Origin: a candidate division WWE3 bacterium
GTDB lineage: Bacteria; Patescibacteriota; WWE3; UBA101185; UBA10185
Assembly (NCBI GenBank): GCA_003599255.1
Contig: QZJF01000005.1
Coordinates: 32,985 to 96,984, forward strand
DNA: 64,000 nt
Direction: 5' to 3'
Shown: positions 42,301 to 49,153 of the stretch, in pieces
How the letters are laid out: each line of letters starts with the position of its first letter
How positions within the stretch are numbered: position 1 is the first letter of the stretch
The notes under the pieces: model-generated
Told to the model about the DNA's origin: nothing
The model's database searches: none
Seen by the model: the letters and a program-made list of their open reading frames with translations, nothing else
Program-made: the position numbers and the translations under genes

Positions 42301-45300
42301 GATGAGGTAACCTGTGAACCGGAAAGATATAAGGAAGTCGTATTTATTGCTCCGTTTACATCTAAAGCATATGTGCTATTAGGGCTTGTGGTTCCTATAC
42401 CGACAACGCCGTTTGTATCTATGACAAAGGGTGTTAAATCTCCAGCCGAATCATTAACCAGAAAAGCGTATCCCGAAGGAGCTGTACTCGTAATAGTGAA
42501 TAATCCGCCATCTACATCAAAGAAGAATGGGGAAGTGCTGTCTTCGCCGCCGATTGCTACATCATCCGTGGTAGCTGTTAAAAATGTTATTGCGCCGTTG
42601 TCAGTCCATTTGGAAGCTCCTGCACCTATTGCTGCGTCCAAGTCATTGAGAACAGCTTGTACATTTGTAGCGTTGCTGTTATTAAATTCATCAAAGACTC
42701 CTACGACATAAGCGCCGGATGCAGTAGCACTGGCCGAGTCACCGATACCGATATTTCCGATTATGAAGTCGGAACCTGATGCAACCCTCACATCTCCGTT
42801 TACGTCAACTGCATATGCAGGAGCAGTGGTTCCTATGCCCAGTCTGCTAAGAGTTGAATCCCAGAAAAAGTTATCACTTCCGGTTAAGGACGATGTACCG
42901 TTCCAGAAAGTAACCTGCCCTGTTGCTCCGGATCCGTTGACTGCACCGACACCTGATACAGAATTGCATTCCCATCTATCGGCAAGTGCGTTCCAGACTA
43001 ACAGTTCGTTATTTGAACATCCTCCGATCATTCTTAAACCGGAAGCTGTTACTTCCAACCCCGAATTCGAAGCAGTTGTAGAAGTTGCACCGGTTGTAGT
43101 TGCGTCTATGGTGATGTCATTAGCATTAACGGTAATCCCGTCACCTGCGCCGATGTCGAGAGTTAATGCCCCTGTGGTGCCGCCGCCGGTTAAACCTGAT
43201 CCTGCAGTTACTGCGGTTGTAGCATAAGAACTGACATTGGACGAATCCACCAAGGTTCTTGTGCCCCAGAACAGATCTCCGGTGGGGGATCCTGCGGCTG
43301 CTGATGTATTTAAAACATTGTTTAGTCCTGCTGTCCCCAGTCTGATCGCTCCTGTTACGTCAAGTATTTCAGAAGGACTTGATGTTCCCACACCTACACT
43401 TGTGCCATTGTCAAAAAGTATTCCTGTGGAAAGATTTGTGGGGTCAGTCCATCGCGCTACATAATTTGCGATTCCTGTTCCGCCTAAAGATTGTGATATA
43501 GGGGCCGTGCTGGCAGAAGTAATTCGACCTTTTGCATCTACTGTTATGACAGGAATACCTGTAGTGGATCCGTAGGTTGCCGCGGAGACTCCGGTATTTG
43601 CAAGAGTAAGTGTGCCGGTAGAGTCAATGGCTGCATCTCCGCCCATTGCTTTTACATTCCAACCTGTGCCTGTGCCGATTAAAAGAGTTCCGGACGGTGC
43701 AGTGGAGGTATCAAGACCTGTACCACCGTATGCAACACCGAGTTGATTTGAAACATTAGACGTATTGGAAAGATCTATTGCACTTTGAGTTAGAACTTGT
43801 GACGCTGCGTTAAGTGATAAATAGTTTGCGGTGCCTGCTAATTGAAGTGCAGGGTGCGTATCCCCGGATAGAGTAGAGAGCTGCGCATCCAGATCGTCCA
43901 GCACATCCTGAACTGTGGTACCTGCGGAATAAGTAAATTCATCAAAGACTCCTACTCTTGACGCACCCGAGTCTGTATTTGAAGTGCCTGTATCGTTGAG
44001 TCCGATTGTCCCTATGTATAGATCCGAGCCGGAGGCAATTCTTATGTCTCCGTTCACATCAAGTGCGTAAGCGGGAGCCGTTGTACCGATACCAAGTCTG
44101 CTGGTGTTGCTGTCCCAGAAGAATGCGTCAGTTCCTGTTACAGATGAAGTGCCGTTCCAATAGGTTACCTGACCGGCTGATCCGGACCCGCTTACTGCTC
44201 CCACTCCTGAAACCGAGTTGCATTCCCATCTGTCGGCACCCGCGTTCCATACGAGCAGCTGGTTATTTGCGCATCCTCCCAGCATTCTTAAACCTGATGC
44301 TGTCACTTCCAGCCCTGAATTAGATGCTGTAGTTGAAGTTGCACCGGTCGTGGTCGCGTCAATCGTTATGTCGTCCGCGTTGACTGTTATGCCGTTTCCG
44401 GCTCCCACATTAAGAGTTAAAGATCCGGGGCCGGTTCCTACATTTGTTAAACCATTTCCGCCTAAAACCGAGGTTACTGCGTACGATGCAATGTTATTGT
44501 TATCCAGAAGTGTTCCCGTACGACCGGAAAGGAGATTGAGTTCCGATGTGGTAACAAGTGCGCCGTCAAGAATGTTCAATTCCGAAGCATCCGCAGTAAT
44601 CTGGGAATCATTCAGGTAGAGTGCAGTCATGTTTACCGGTCCATTTACATCAAGTGTGTAGGTAGGGTCAGGACTAGTTGTACCGATACCAACTGTTGTG
44701 CCGTTGTCATAGATGATGCCTGTTGTCAGAGAATTGCTGTCTGTCCATCTTGCCACATAGTTTGTTAGCCCGGTTCCGTCAACTATGTTTATAAGAGGGG
44801 AAGTGGCTGCGGAAGTTATTCTTCCCTCAGCATCAACTGTAACTACCGGTATACCTGTTGATGATCCGTATGTACCCGCTGCGACTCCGGTATCGGAAAG
44901 ATCCAGTGTTCCGGTATTGTCTATTGTCGCGTCACCTCCCATGGCTTTCACATTCCAACCGGTTCCGGTGCCGATCAGGAGAGTTCCCGAAGGGGCGGTT
45001 GATGTGTTAAGGCCGGTACCCCCGTATGCTACACCCAATTGGTTGGAGACATTTGAAGTATTTGAAAGATCTATGGCGCTTTGAGTTAGCACCTGTGAAG
45101 CTGCGTTAAGCGACAGATAATTTGCGGTGCCCGCCAACTGCAGTGCCGGGTGTGTATCTCCCGACAGAGTAGAGAGTTGTGCATCTAAATCGTCAAGTAC
45201 ATCTTGAACATTCGCACCGTTTGAGTAAGTAAATTCATCATTTGTGCCTACCAGATATGCTCCGGATGTTGTCGGGGAAGCGGTGTCTGTTAGACCGATT

Positions 45301-47555
45301 GACCCTATATGTAAATCCGAGCCGGAGGCAACCCTCACATTGCCGTTAACATCAAGAGAATACTGTGGATTTGTTGTTCCAATACCCACATTCCCCGAAC
45401 CATCTATGACAAAGGGTGTCGTATCAGCTGAACTATCGTTCACTCTAAACGAAAAACCGGATGTTGTGTTTGTCAGCGTTAATAGTTCATTTGTTATATC
45501 CAGGAAAAACGGAGAGCCCGGTTCACTTCCGCCTATCGATAAGTTTTGTGAGGTGGACACCGGGTGAATTGTCCCTGAGGTTACTGTCCATATTCCGCTT
45601 CCACCGCCGATTGCTGCGTTGTATGCGGTATTTATTGCGTCTACTATAGCTGTGTCTCCGCTGTCAAAATCTGTGTCAATATCTGTCATGGTGATTGGGG
45701 AGGTAAGTGTCGCGTCGTCGAAAGTAAGTGTGGTACCGCTTATACTTATTGCGTCTCCACCATCACCCAGATTAACTGGGCCGTTTGCTACAAGTGCTCC
45801 GGAAGAAATGGTCACGCCACCGCCTATTGTCATCCATTGGGAGAAAGTAGATGTGCCGTTTACGGTTAAAAGTTCGGTTCCCGGGTTCCATGTTATTTGA
45901 GTATCATCGTTTGTCAGTGTTCCGGCACTATCGGCAAAGAAAACTCCGTATGGATCAAATCCCGTGGTTGTAATAGGTCCAATGACCGATCCGTAAATTG
46001 TTCCCCCAACTTCCAGACTACCTTCGATGTATTGACTTTCTGACATACCTCCAACATAAGTAGGTGCTGTTGAGCCGTCCCCGATGTGAAGGGTTGTCAC
46101 GGGGCTTGTTGTTGAAATACCTACCCTTCCTGTTTCAGTAATCCTTAATCTCGTTATGTCGTTAGTTCTAAATGAAAGTCCTACATTGTCAGTGGTACCG
46201 ATAAAGTCTACATCGGGATCCGATCCGGCATTTCCTGCCAGAAGCCAGGAAATATCTCCAAAAAAAGTGGAAGTATTGGACCACTCCGGGGTTGTGCCAT
46301 CAGATGTCAAAATGTATCCGTTTGTTCCGGTTATTGAAATTACGGATAAGGTGTTAGAAGCCGAAGCGTACAAAAGATCCCCGGTTGTGTACGATGTCAA
46401 CCCAGTTCCTCCATTTTCAGGAGCTATTTCTGTACCTTGCCATACACCCGTGGTTATTGTGCCAAGTTGTGTAATTTCAGTCTGAGGTACGCTGGTCCAA
46501 TCACCATCAACTGCCATAATTATATTGTCATCATCTGTCGATAAGTCTCCAAAGGTGGCACCGTTAATGCTGACAACAGTTACATTACCCAGTCCGGTAC
46601 CTTCCACATCCCCACCGATATCAAGAGCTTCCTCTAAAGTTGTTTCGGTGACTTCATTGATAGCTCCCAAGTTGTTCAATGCCGCCGTTCCGATAAAGTT
46701 TACTTCTCCGGCGGTTATGGCTCCGGTTCCAAAATTCGCATCGGCGTTGTTTGTAGTAATGCCGCCTAGGAGAGAGGACAATTCATTAACAGTCAGGTCT
46801 TTTTCAAGTGTAATTGTCTCTCTAAATATCCCGGGCACACTAAGTCTGAACACAAAGTTTGCGTTTCGATCAACCGCAGCCAGAACATTGTCATAGAATG
46901 ACATCTTACCGGACTGCGGTACTTCTTTTCTTTGCGCAAATGCGCCTGATATTACGTGTACAAAATTATCTTTAAAACCCATGAAGGTTAGCAATCCAAA
47001 TGCAAAAACGATGAATATTATAATGCCCCCTATCTTTGTGAGTTTAGGATTTATGTGTATATGACTAAGAATGACGGATTTTCGTTTAATATCATTTAAC
47101 TTTGTCACTTCTTCAGGAATACTAGTGTCAGTCTTTGTCGCATTGATTTCATGATCAGCTTTTGTTTGTGCACCTAAATCCTGTTTCAATTTATTTTGCG
47201 AAAGAGCTTTCAATGTTCCTGTAAGGTTTAAAAGATCCGCTCTTGGAGACGCTTGAGGAACAGGAATGGAAGTAGTGGAAGAGTTAGTATTTTTTTTGAG
47301 ATCGGCTTTTTGATTGTTTAAATCCGTTTTCAGATTTAAAACATCACTGCGTTTAAACATTCTATACCCGTTAGGTTGTCGGATGGAGTTTACTTTATTC
47401 TCGCTTTCAAATCTGCGGAGAGTTGAAGAAGATACGCCTAATAACTTAGCTGCCTCGGAAACATTTAAAAGTTGTTTGGTAGATATGCTTGAAGAACTAT
47501 GTGATTTACTTGCAGGTTTTTTTCGTCTTTTTCTTTGGGCAGAAACTGAGCTCAT
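30279..47555 (-). CDS. Giant tail-fibre-like surface protein 4 (5758 aa): N-terminal Xis/MerR-type HTH, TM helix, reiterated fibre modules, C-terminal peptidase S74 intramolecular-chaperone domain, coiled-coil/(STE)5 tail
   Basis: Uninterrupted 17.3-kb ORF preceded by an AAGGA RBS. Residues 27–76 (LLNVSEAAKLLGVSSSTLRRFESENKVNSIRQPNGYRMFKRSDVL) match the excisionase/MerR-type HTH_17 pattern. The TM helix is IGGIIIFIVFAFGLLTFMGF at residues 175–194. About 5000 aa follow, made of three module types with recurrent GIGTT(S/N/A)Px..LDVNG motifs. Near the C-terminus LSSSERFKKDISDLDINLDSVLQLNPVTFKWN...FGLIAEQVEQVMPFLV matches the S74/endosialidase chaperone domain. Confidence 0.85.
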   Translation of the reverse strand: MSSVSAQRKRRKKPASKSHSSSSISTKQLLNVSEAAKLLGVSSSTLRRFESENKVNSIRQPNGYRMFKRSDVLNLKTDLNNQKADLKKNTNSSTTSIPVPQASPRADLLNLTGTLKALSQNKLKQDLGAQTKADHEINATKTDTSIPEEVTKLNDIKRKSVILSHIHINPKLTKIGGIIIFIVFAFGLLTFMGFKDNFVHVISGAFAQRKEVPQSGKMSFYDNVLAAVDRNANFVFRLSVPGIFRETITLEKDLTVNELSSLLGGITTNNADANFGTGAITAGEVNFIGTAALNNLGAINEVTETTLEEALDIGGDVEGTGLGNVTVVSINGATFGDLSTDDDNIIMAVDGDWTSVPQTEITQLGTITTGVWQGTEIAPENGGTGLTSYTTGDLLYASASNTLSVISITGTNGYILTSDGTTPEWSNTSTFFGDISWLLAGNAGSDPDVDFIGTTDNVGLSFRTNDITRLRITETGRVGISTTSPVTTLHIGDGSTAPTYVGGMSESQYIEGSLEVGGTIYGSVIGPITTTGFDPYGVFFADSAGTLTNDDTQITWNPGTELLTVNGTSTFSQWMTIGGGVTISSGALVANGPVNLGDGGDAISISGTTLTFDDATLTSPITMTDIDTDFDSGDTAIVDAINTAYNAAIGGGSGIWTVTSGTIHPVSTSQNLSIGGSEPGSPFFLDITNELLTLTNTTSGFSFRVNDSSADTTPFVIDGSGNVGIGTTNPQYSLDVNGNVRVASGSDLHIGSIGLTDTASPTTSGAYLVGTNDEFTYSNGANVQDVLDDLDAQLSTLSGDTHPALQLAGTANYLSLNAASQVLTQSAIDLSNTSNVSNQLGVAYGGTGLNTSTAPSGTLLIGTGTGWNVKAMGGDATIDNTGTLDLSDTGVAAGTYGSSTGIPVVTVDAEGRITSAATSPLINIVDGTGLTNYVARWTDSNSLTTGIIYDNGTTVGIGTTSPDPTYTLDVNGPVNMTALYLNDSQITADASELNILDGALVTTSELNLLSGRTGTLLDNNNIASYAVTSVLGGNGLTNVGTGPGSLTLNVGAGNGITVNADDITIDATTTGATSTTASNSGLEVTASGLRMLGGCANNQLLVWNAGADRWECNSVSGVGAVSGSGSAGQVTYWNGTSSVTGTDAFFWDSNTSRLGIGTTAPAYALDVNGDIRIASGSDLYIGTIGLNDTGTSNTDSGASRVGVFDEFTYSAGTTVQDVLDDLDAQLSTLSGDTHPALQLAGTANYLSLNAASQVLTQSAIDLSNTSNVSNQLGVAYGGTGLDTSTAPSGTLLIGTGTGWNVKAMGGDAAIDSTGTLTLANTGVSAATYGSTTGIPVITVDAKGRITSASTAPISQSLGGTGIANYVARWTDPTNLSTGILFDNGTSVGVGTSSPSEILDVTGAIRLGTAGLNNVLNTSAAAGSPTGDLFWGTRTLVDSSNVSSYATTAVTAGSGLTGGGTTGALTLDIGAGDGITVNANDITIDATTTGATSTTASNSGLEVTASGLRMIGGCSNNELLVWNALADRWECNSVSGVGAVNGSGATGQVTFWNGTSSLTGSDNFFWDSTLSRLGIGTTAPAYAVDVNGDVRVASGSDFIIGNIGIGDSASATASGAYVVGVFDEFNNSNATNVQAVLNDLDAAIGAGASKWTDNGAITFLTATTDDVAIGGEDSTSPFFFDVDGGLFTITSTAPSGYAFLVNDSAGDLTPFVIDTNGVVGIGTTSPNSTYALDVNGAINTTSLYLSGSQVTSSAAELNILDGALITTSELNLLQGRSGTLLDSNNVSSYAVTSVLGGSGLTNAGTGPGSLTLNVGAGNGITVNADDITIDATTTGTTSTTASNSGLEVTADGLRLLGGCSNSELLVWNAGADRWECNSVSGIGAVNGSGATGQVTFWNGTSSITGSDSFFWDNNTNRLGLGTTAPAFALDVNGDIRIAAGSDLLIGSIGLSSTSAPTTSGAYLIGVNDEFTYSDSTNVQAVLNDLDAQFGTLAGDSHPALQLAGTANYLSLNGPSQVLTQNAIDLSNTSNVSNQLGVAYGGTGLDTSTAPSGTLLLGTGTGWNVKAMGGDATIDSTGTLTLANTGVTAATYGSSTSVPVITVDSKGRLTSVTTSPLLNIVDGTGLANYVARWTDNNTLATGVIYDTGTRVGIGTTNPGATYALDVNGAVNTTALYLNGSQVTSTAAELNILDGALITVTELNLLQGRSGTLLDSNNVSSYAVTSVLGGNGLTNVGTGPGSLTLNVGAGDGITVNADDITIDATTTGTTSTTASNSGLEVTASGLRLLGGCSNNELLVWNAGADRWECNSVSGVGAVSGSGSAGQVTFWNGTSSLTGSDNFFWDSTLSRLGIGTTAPAFALDVNGDVRVASGSDFLVGSIGLSSTSAPTTSGAYLVGVNDEFDFSNSTNVQAVLNDLDANFLNYSLASDTHPALQLAGTANYLSLNAASQVLTQSAIDLSNTSNVSNQLGVAYGGTGLDTSTAPSGTLLIGTGTGWNVKAMGGDATIDSTGTLDLSDTGVGAGTYGSSTGIPVFTVDAEGRLTAASTAPILNFTDGTGITNYVARWIDENTLSTGVIYDNGTRVGIGTTNPGSSYTLDVNGAVNMTSLYLNGTQVTADASEINILNGALITTSELNLLQGRSGTLVDSNNVSSYAVTSVFGGDGLTNVGTGPGSLTLNVGAGDGITVNTDDITIDATTTGTTSTTASNSGLEVTADGLRLLGGCSDNELLVWNAGADRWECNSVSGVGAVSGSGAIGQVTFWNGTSSLTGSDSFFWDSSLNRLGIGTTAPAFALDVNGDVRVASGSDFFVGSIGLSSTSAPTTSGAYLVGVNDEFDFSNSTNVQAVLNDLDANFLNYSLAGDTHPALQLAGTANYLSLDAASQILTQSAIDLSNTSNVTNQLGVAYGGTGLDTSTAPSGTLLIGTGTGWNVKAMGGDATIDSTGTLDLSDTGVGAGTYGSSTGIPVFTVDAEGRLTSASTAPLLNITDGSGIANYVARWTDDNTLSTGLLYDTGTLLGLGTTAPAFKLDVNGDVRVASGSDFFVGSIGLSSTSAPTTSGAYLIGVNDEFDFSNSTNVQAVLNDFDANFLNYSLAADTHPALQLAGTANYLSLNGSQVLTQSAIDLSNTSNVSNQLGVAYGGTGLDTSTAPSGTLLIGTGTGWNVKAMGGDATIDSTGTLDLSDTGVGAGTYGSATGIPVITVDSEGRLTAASTSPLLNITDGSGIANYVARWIDSNTLSTGIAYDTGTYFGIGTTNPNQELHVVGVGTAILADGFNQTTGIDIALRSNIRTWNLGVDGSGTATTQGEFWISDGQSTLKRLLIDGSGYVGIGTTNPVERLDVSGGIRLGTAGTNNILNTSAAAGSPTGDLYWGSDVIVDSSNVSTYATTGVTAGSGLTGGGTTGVLTLDIGAGDGITVNANDITIDATTTGTTSVTASNSGLEVTADGLRLLGGCSNGEALTWDTTLQVWKCSSVAAGLTGAGTIGQVAFWDGTSSITGSDSFFWDSNTSRLGLGTTAPAFTLDVNGDVRVASGSDFFVGSIGLSSTSAPTTSGAYIIGVNDEFDFSNSTNVQAVLNDLDANFLNYSLAGDTHPALQLAGTANYLSLSAASQILTQSAIDLSNTSNVSNQLGVAYGGTGLDTSTAPSGSILLGTGTGWNVKAMGGDATIDSTGTLDLSDTGVGAGTYGSATGIPIITVDAEGRLTSASTAPLLNVTDGTGITNYVARWTDENTLSTGILYDNGTNVGVGTTNPAYILDVYSGSTTGGLGVFADSVTTGTGALFSFDGLTTGTGLSISSTSSSFSTGTLAAVDWSPLSSATASGDLFSINIGSNGSLTGNLFAVYDDGAAVFTVQQNQIESAVPHVFTAAGDVSFSYDAIFTNQTSAQIESYGPFSIIAGESFESNNLTLRTYGTGNIIADLGGNFVLYDNDPTLVFDTETATDTDFWMGILENSDNTDNDLLVIGDGTSSGTNPFFAITTSGDIGIGTTNPAAKLEINGAIRLGGETIGDFVGSGLIVSGTALSLDVTTTSTTSTTAANSGLEVTADGLRLLGGCADGEALIWDSSREVWDCTAVAAGLSGSGTAGQVAFWDGSTSLTGNDSLFWDSGTSRLGLGTTAPDAILHAVGGDLYVAPDSGYTFDNASAAEDLYVFGNLEIDGTIYGNTASLGQIDIGGESIGDFVGDGLIVSGTALSLDVTTTSTTSTTASNSGLEVTADGLRLLGGCSNGEALTWDTSQEVWKCSSVAAGLTGSGSIGQVAFWDGTSSITGSDSFFWDTSTGRLGLGTTAPAFTLDVNGDIRIASGSDLLIGSIGLSSTSAPTTSGAYLVGVNDEFDFSNSTNVQAVLNDLDANFLNYSLASDTHPALQLAGTATYLSLDGSQVLTQSAIDLSSSLNVSNVLGTTNGGTGLDTSTAPSGSLLIGTGTGWNVKAMGGDATIDSTGTIDLSDTGVAAGTYGSTTGIPIVTVDAEGRLTSASTAPLLNITDGTGIANYVARWTDNNTLSTGILYDDGTNVGVGTTNPSYMLEVFSGSTTGGLGVFADSVTTGTGALFSFDGLTTGTGLSISSTSTAFSTGTLAAVDWSPLSSATASGDLFSINIGSNGSLTGNLFAVYDDNSPLFTITQSQITSYLPHTFSSAGDVSFSYDAIFTNQTSSQIESYGPFTIIAGESFENNDLTLRTYGSGDIVADLGGNFVLYDNDPTLLFDVESGTDTDFWMGVLEDSDSTDDDIFAIGDGLSSGTNPFFVINTSGNIGIGTTNPAATLDVNGTIRLGGETIGDFVGNGLILSGTALSLDVATTSTTSTTASNSGLEVAADGLRLLGGCGNGELLTWDSSQQVWKCSPEAGSGTITGTGVAGRVSFWDGSSSLASSQDFYWDNINSRMGIGNSSPQDTLHINGGFRIQESGYSSYTSIDTYSLGVGSGTMRFFADGTNGLSYDFRDQFGSIFNIGSGTNDSTFNYGLNVNGDTTLGDDSSDTLTLNAGTWISSNTASLNLAASTTALNIESGLMNFDTTNARVGIGTVTPQNKLDISGNAVIGSYAGTDTAPANGLLVSGNVGIGTTAVGYQLDVRSATTQGALGVFADNVTTGTGALFSFDGLTTGTGLSVSSTSTTLAGALTSIDWSPISSSTATGDLFKINIGSNGTLDGGNLFGVYDDNSELFTINQTVITSYLPHSFAAAGDVSIANDIQFTGQSSSYIKTYAPLYLEVGESHESNNLTLRTFNSGDVVLDAAGGVTLNQAQAWSLATSTTALNFGNNLLNLDTTNDRIGIGTTTPQNTLDVFGNAAFGTYAGVSTAPTNGLIVSGNVGIGTSEPGYTLDVNGTARVSNIPTGTGTALYFDSNNQLIQLSSSERFKKDISDLDINLDSVLQLNPVTFKWNSTTVTPDVEDFGLIAEQVEQVMPFLVSYEADGITPKGVKYDRLGVVLLGALQEQQIQIDSFGDVMGITTQLQTDVQDTYQQVTDTTVGFDTRITTLESEFAQLTQNYDNLGNDFITLEEEVDNVKNDVALIKELLGMGSSTQSTESTESTESTESTESFNLLTLLTDPMGILNQIETLYNDFKDMVSELGLQNNDGQLAVTTDLNVTGDTTLSNLVVTGDLMAGLVEIDSLSNSIGIVGPSCYNETLGTTNQVLCEAQTLYLQKELSGNLDIFDGKIVLEPNGTLTVDGTINAEKVVADEFSVKGTSTLVGSGTITAGQTEVLIANTNVKAGSKIFVTATSSTNGQALIVKEKIDGTSFKVGLDVPHFQDISFDWWILNVE
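32000..45500 (-). repeat. Large intragenic tandem repeats in giant gene 4 (about 0.65–2.3 kb units, at least 8 copies of modules A/B and 3 copies of module C)
   Basis: Opposite-strand shadow ORFs with near-identical translations recur at 34546, 36835, 38338, 39004, 40339, 41686, 42763 and 44218 (MLFEKSNSSLTPTKYAPEVVGAEVLL...). A second shadow series appears at 33151 and 35266. Protein blocks such as TSTTASNSGLEVTA(S/D)GLRLLGGCSNNELLVWNAGADRWECNSVSG are repeated at least 6 times with about 85–95% identity. Confidence 0.8.
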
Positions 47556-47582
47556 TTTTTATCCTTTTCAAATGTTGTTATA

Positions 47583-47632
47583 AAAACATTTGATAATGTT
47601 TTAATGATATGAAACACAGGTTTATGTGTCAA
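47583..47632 (-). promoter_or_regulatory. Sigma70-like promoter of giant gene 4 with an overlapping palindromic operator-like element
   Basis: Read on the minus strand: TTGACA at 47632–47627, a 17-nt spacer, then TATCAT at 47609–47604. Just downstream lies AAAACATT-tgat-AATGTTTT (47583–47602), with a further inverted copy CAAATGTT at 47569–47576 between the predicted TSS and the RBS. Confidence 0.4.
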
Positions 47633-48335
47633 CACTTTTCGAAGGTTGGAATATGTTGTTGTTACAATATATAATGCCTGTCAATGTGTATTGATAAACG
47701 TGAATATTTTTTTTGTTGTTACAGCAATAAAAGATAACCTTTATTTTTAATATAAATTCCTGCAAAAATCGAGTAAACTTTGTCCGGAATTATTTGACCT
47801 GTGACTTTGAAAATTATTTAAAAAATATTGTAAATTTTGCGATACTGTTGTCATATATTTTCCTAGTGACTTCTTTTCTCTAAGTTTTTGTGTTTCGTTT
47901 GTCCGGTTAATTGATTTGTAAAAAATTTGAAACAGTTTTAAACTTAGATTTCAAAGGTCATTAATTTTAGACATAGATTTTCATATAACCATGCCTGGGT
48001 AAAAAAGTAGTTCATTTGTTAATCTTTTAGATATCTCAAGGATGCACTGCGAACTTACATATTTTCTATTTAACCCATGTAACTCTCAAGTTTACTTAAT
48101 ACTTTAAAAAATTTTTAATTTCTGTAGAATTTTATTAACGGCTTTTACCTTTAATCTACATTTTTTAATTACGGCTTATTGCTCGGACAGCGTAGTGAGT
48201 TAAGATCCAGCTTGACGTCAATGGAGATTATTATAATGACCGTTAGAGTAGTGATGTTTTTAATGTTTACCAAATGCCGTCGATACAGCATTTAACAATG
48301 TATATTTGTTTAAATATTCTGGTTGTATCGTGTAG

Positions 48336-49124
<789 letters not shown>

Positions 49125-49153
49125 ATGAGTTTTTAGTGTGATAAACTAATTTT

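Noticed and set aside
32000-45500. Possible CRISPR array or other non-coding repeat, given the strong periodicity
   Set aside because: The repeat units are 0.65–2.3 kb, lie inside one continuous ORF and encode conserved protein modules. There are no short 25–40-nt direct repeats with unique spacers and no cas genes.
5771-47555. Dozens of 60–200-aa ORFs on the plus strand inside the giant genes (for example 6380–6589, 34546–35082, 39004–39603, 42205–42711), many with repeated Pro/Ser/Val-rich translations
   Set aside because: They are shadow ORFs generated by the repetitive, compositionally biased coding sequence on the opposite strand. Their periodic near-identity simply mirrors the minus-strand module repeats, and none has a start context or a recognisable motif.
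30279-47555. Prophage or mobile-element origin for the tail-fibre/S74 gene
   Set aside because: The region has no integrase, terminase, capsid, portal or tail-tube genes, no att-like direct repeats and no tRNA. The gene encodes an N-terminal TM anchor and sits in an operon with cellular LamG giants between ribosomal genes. Ancient horizontal acquisition of the domain is still possible, but this is not a prophage.
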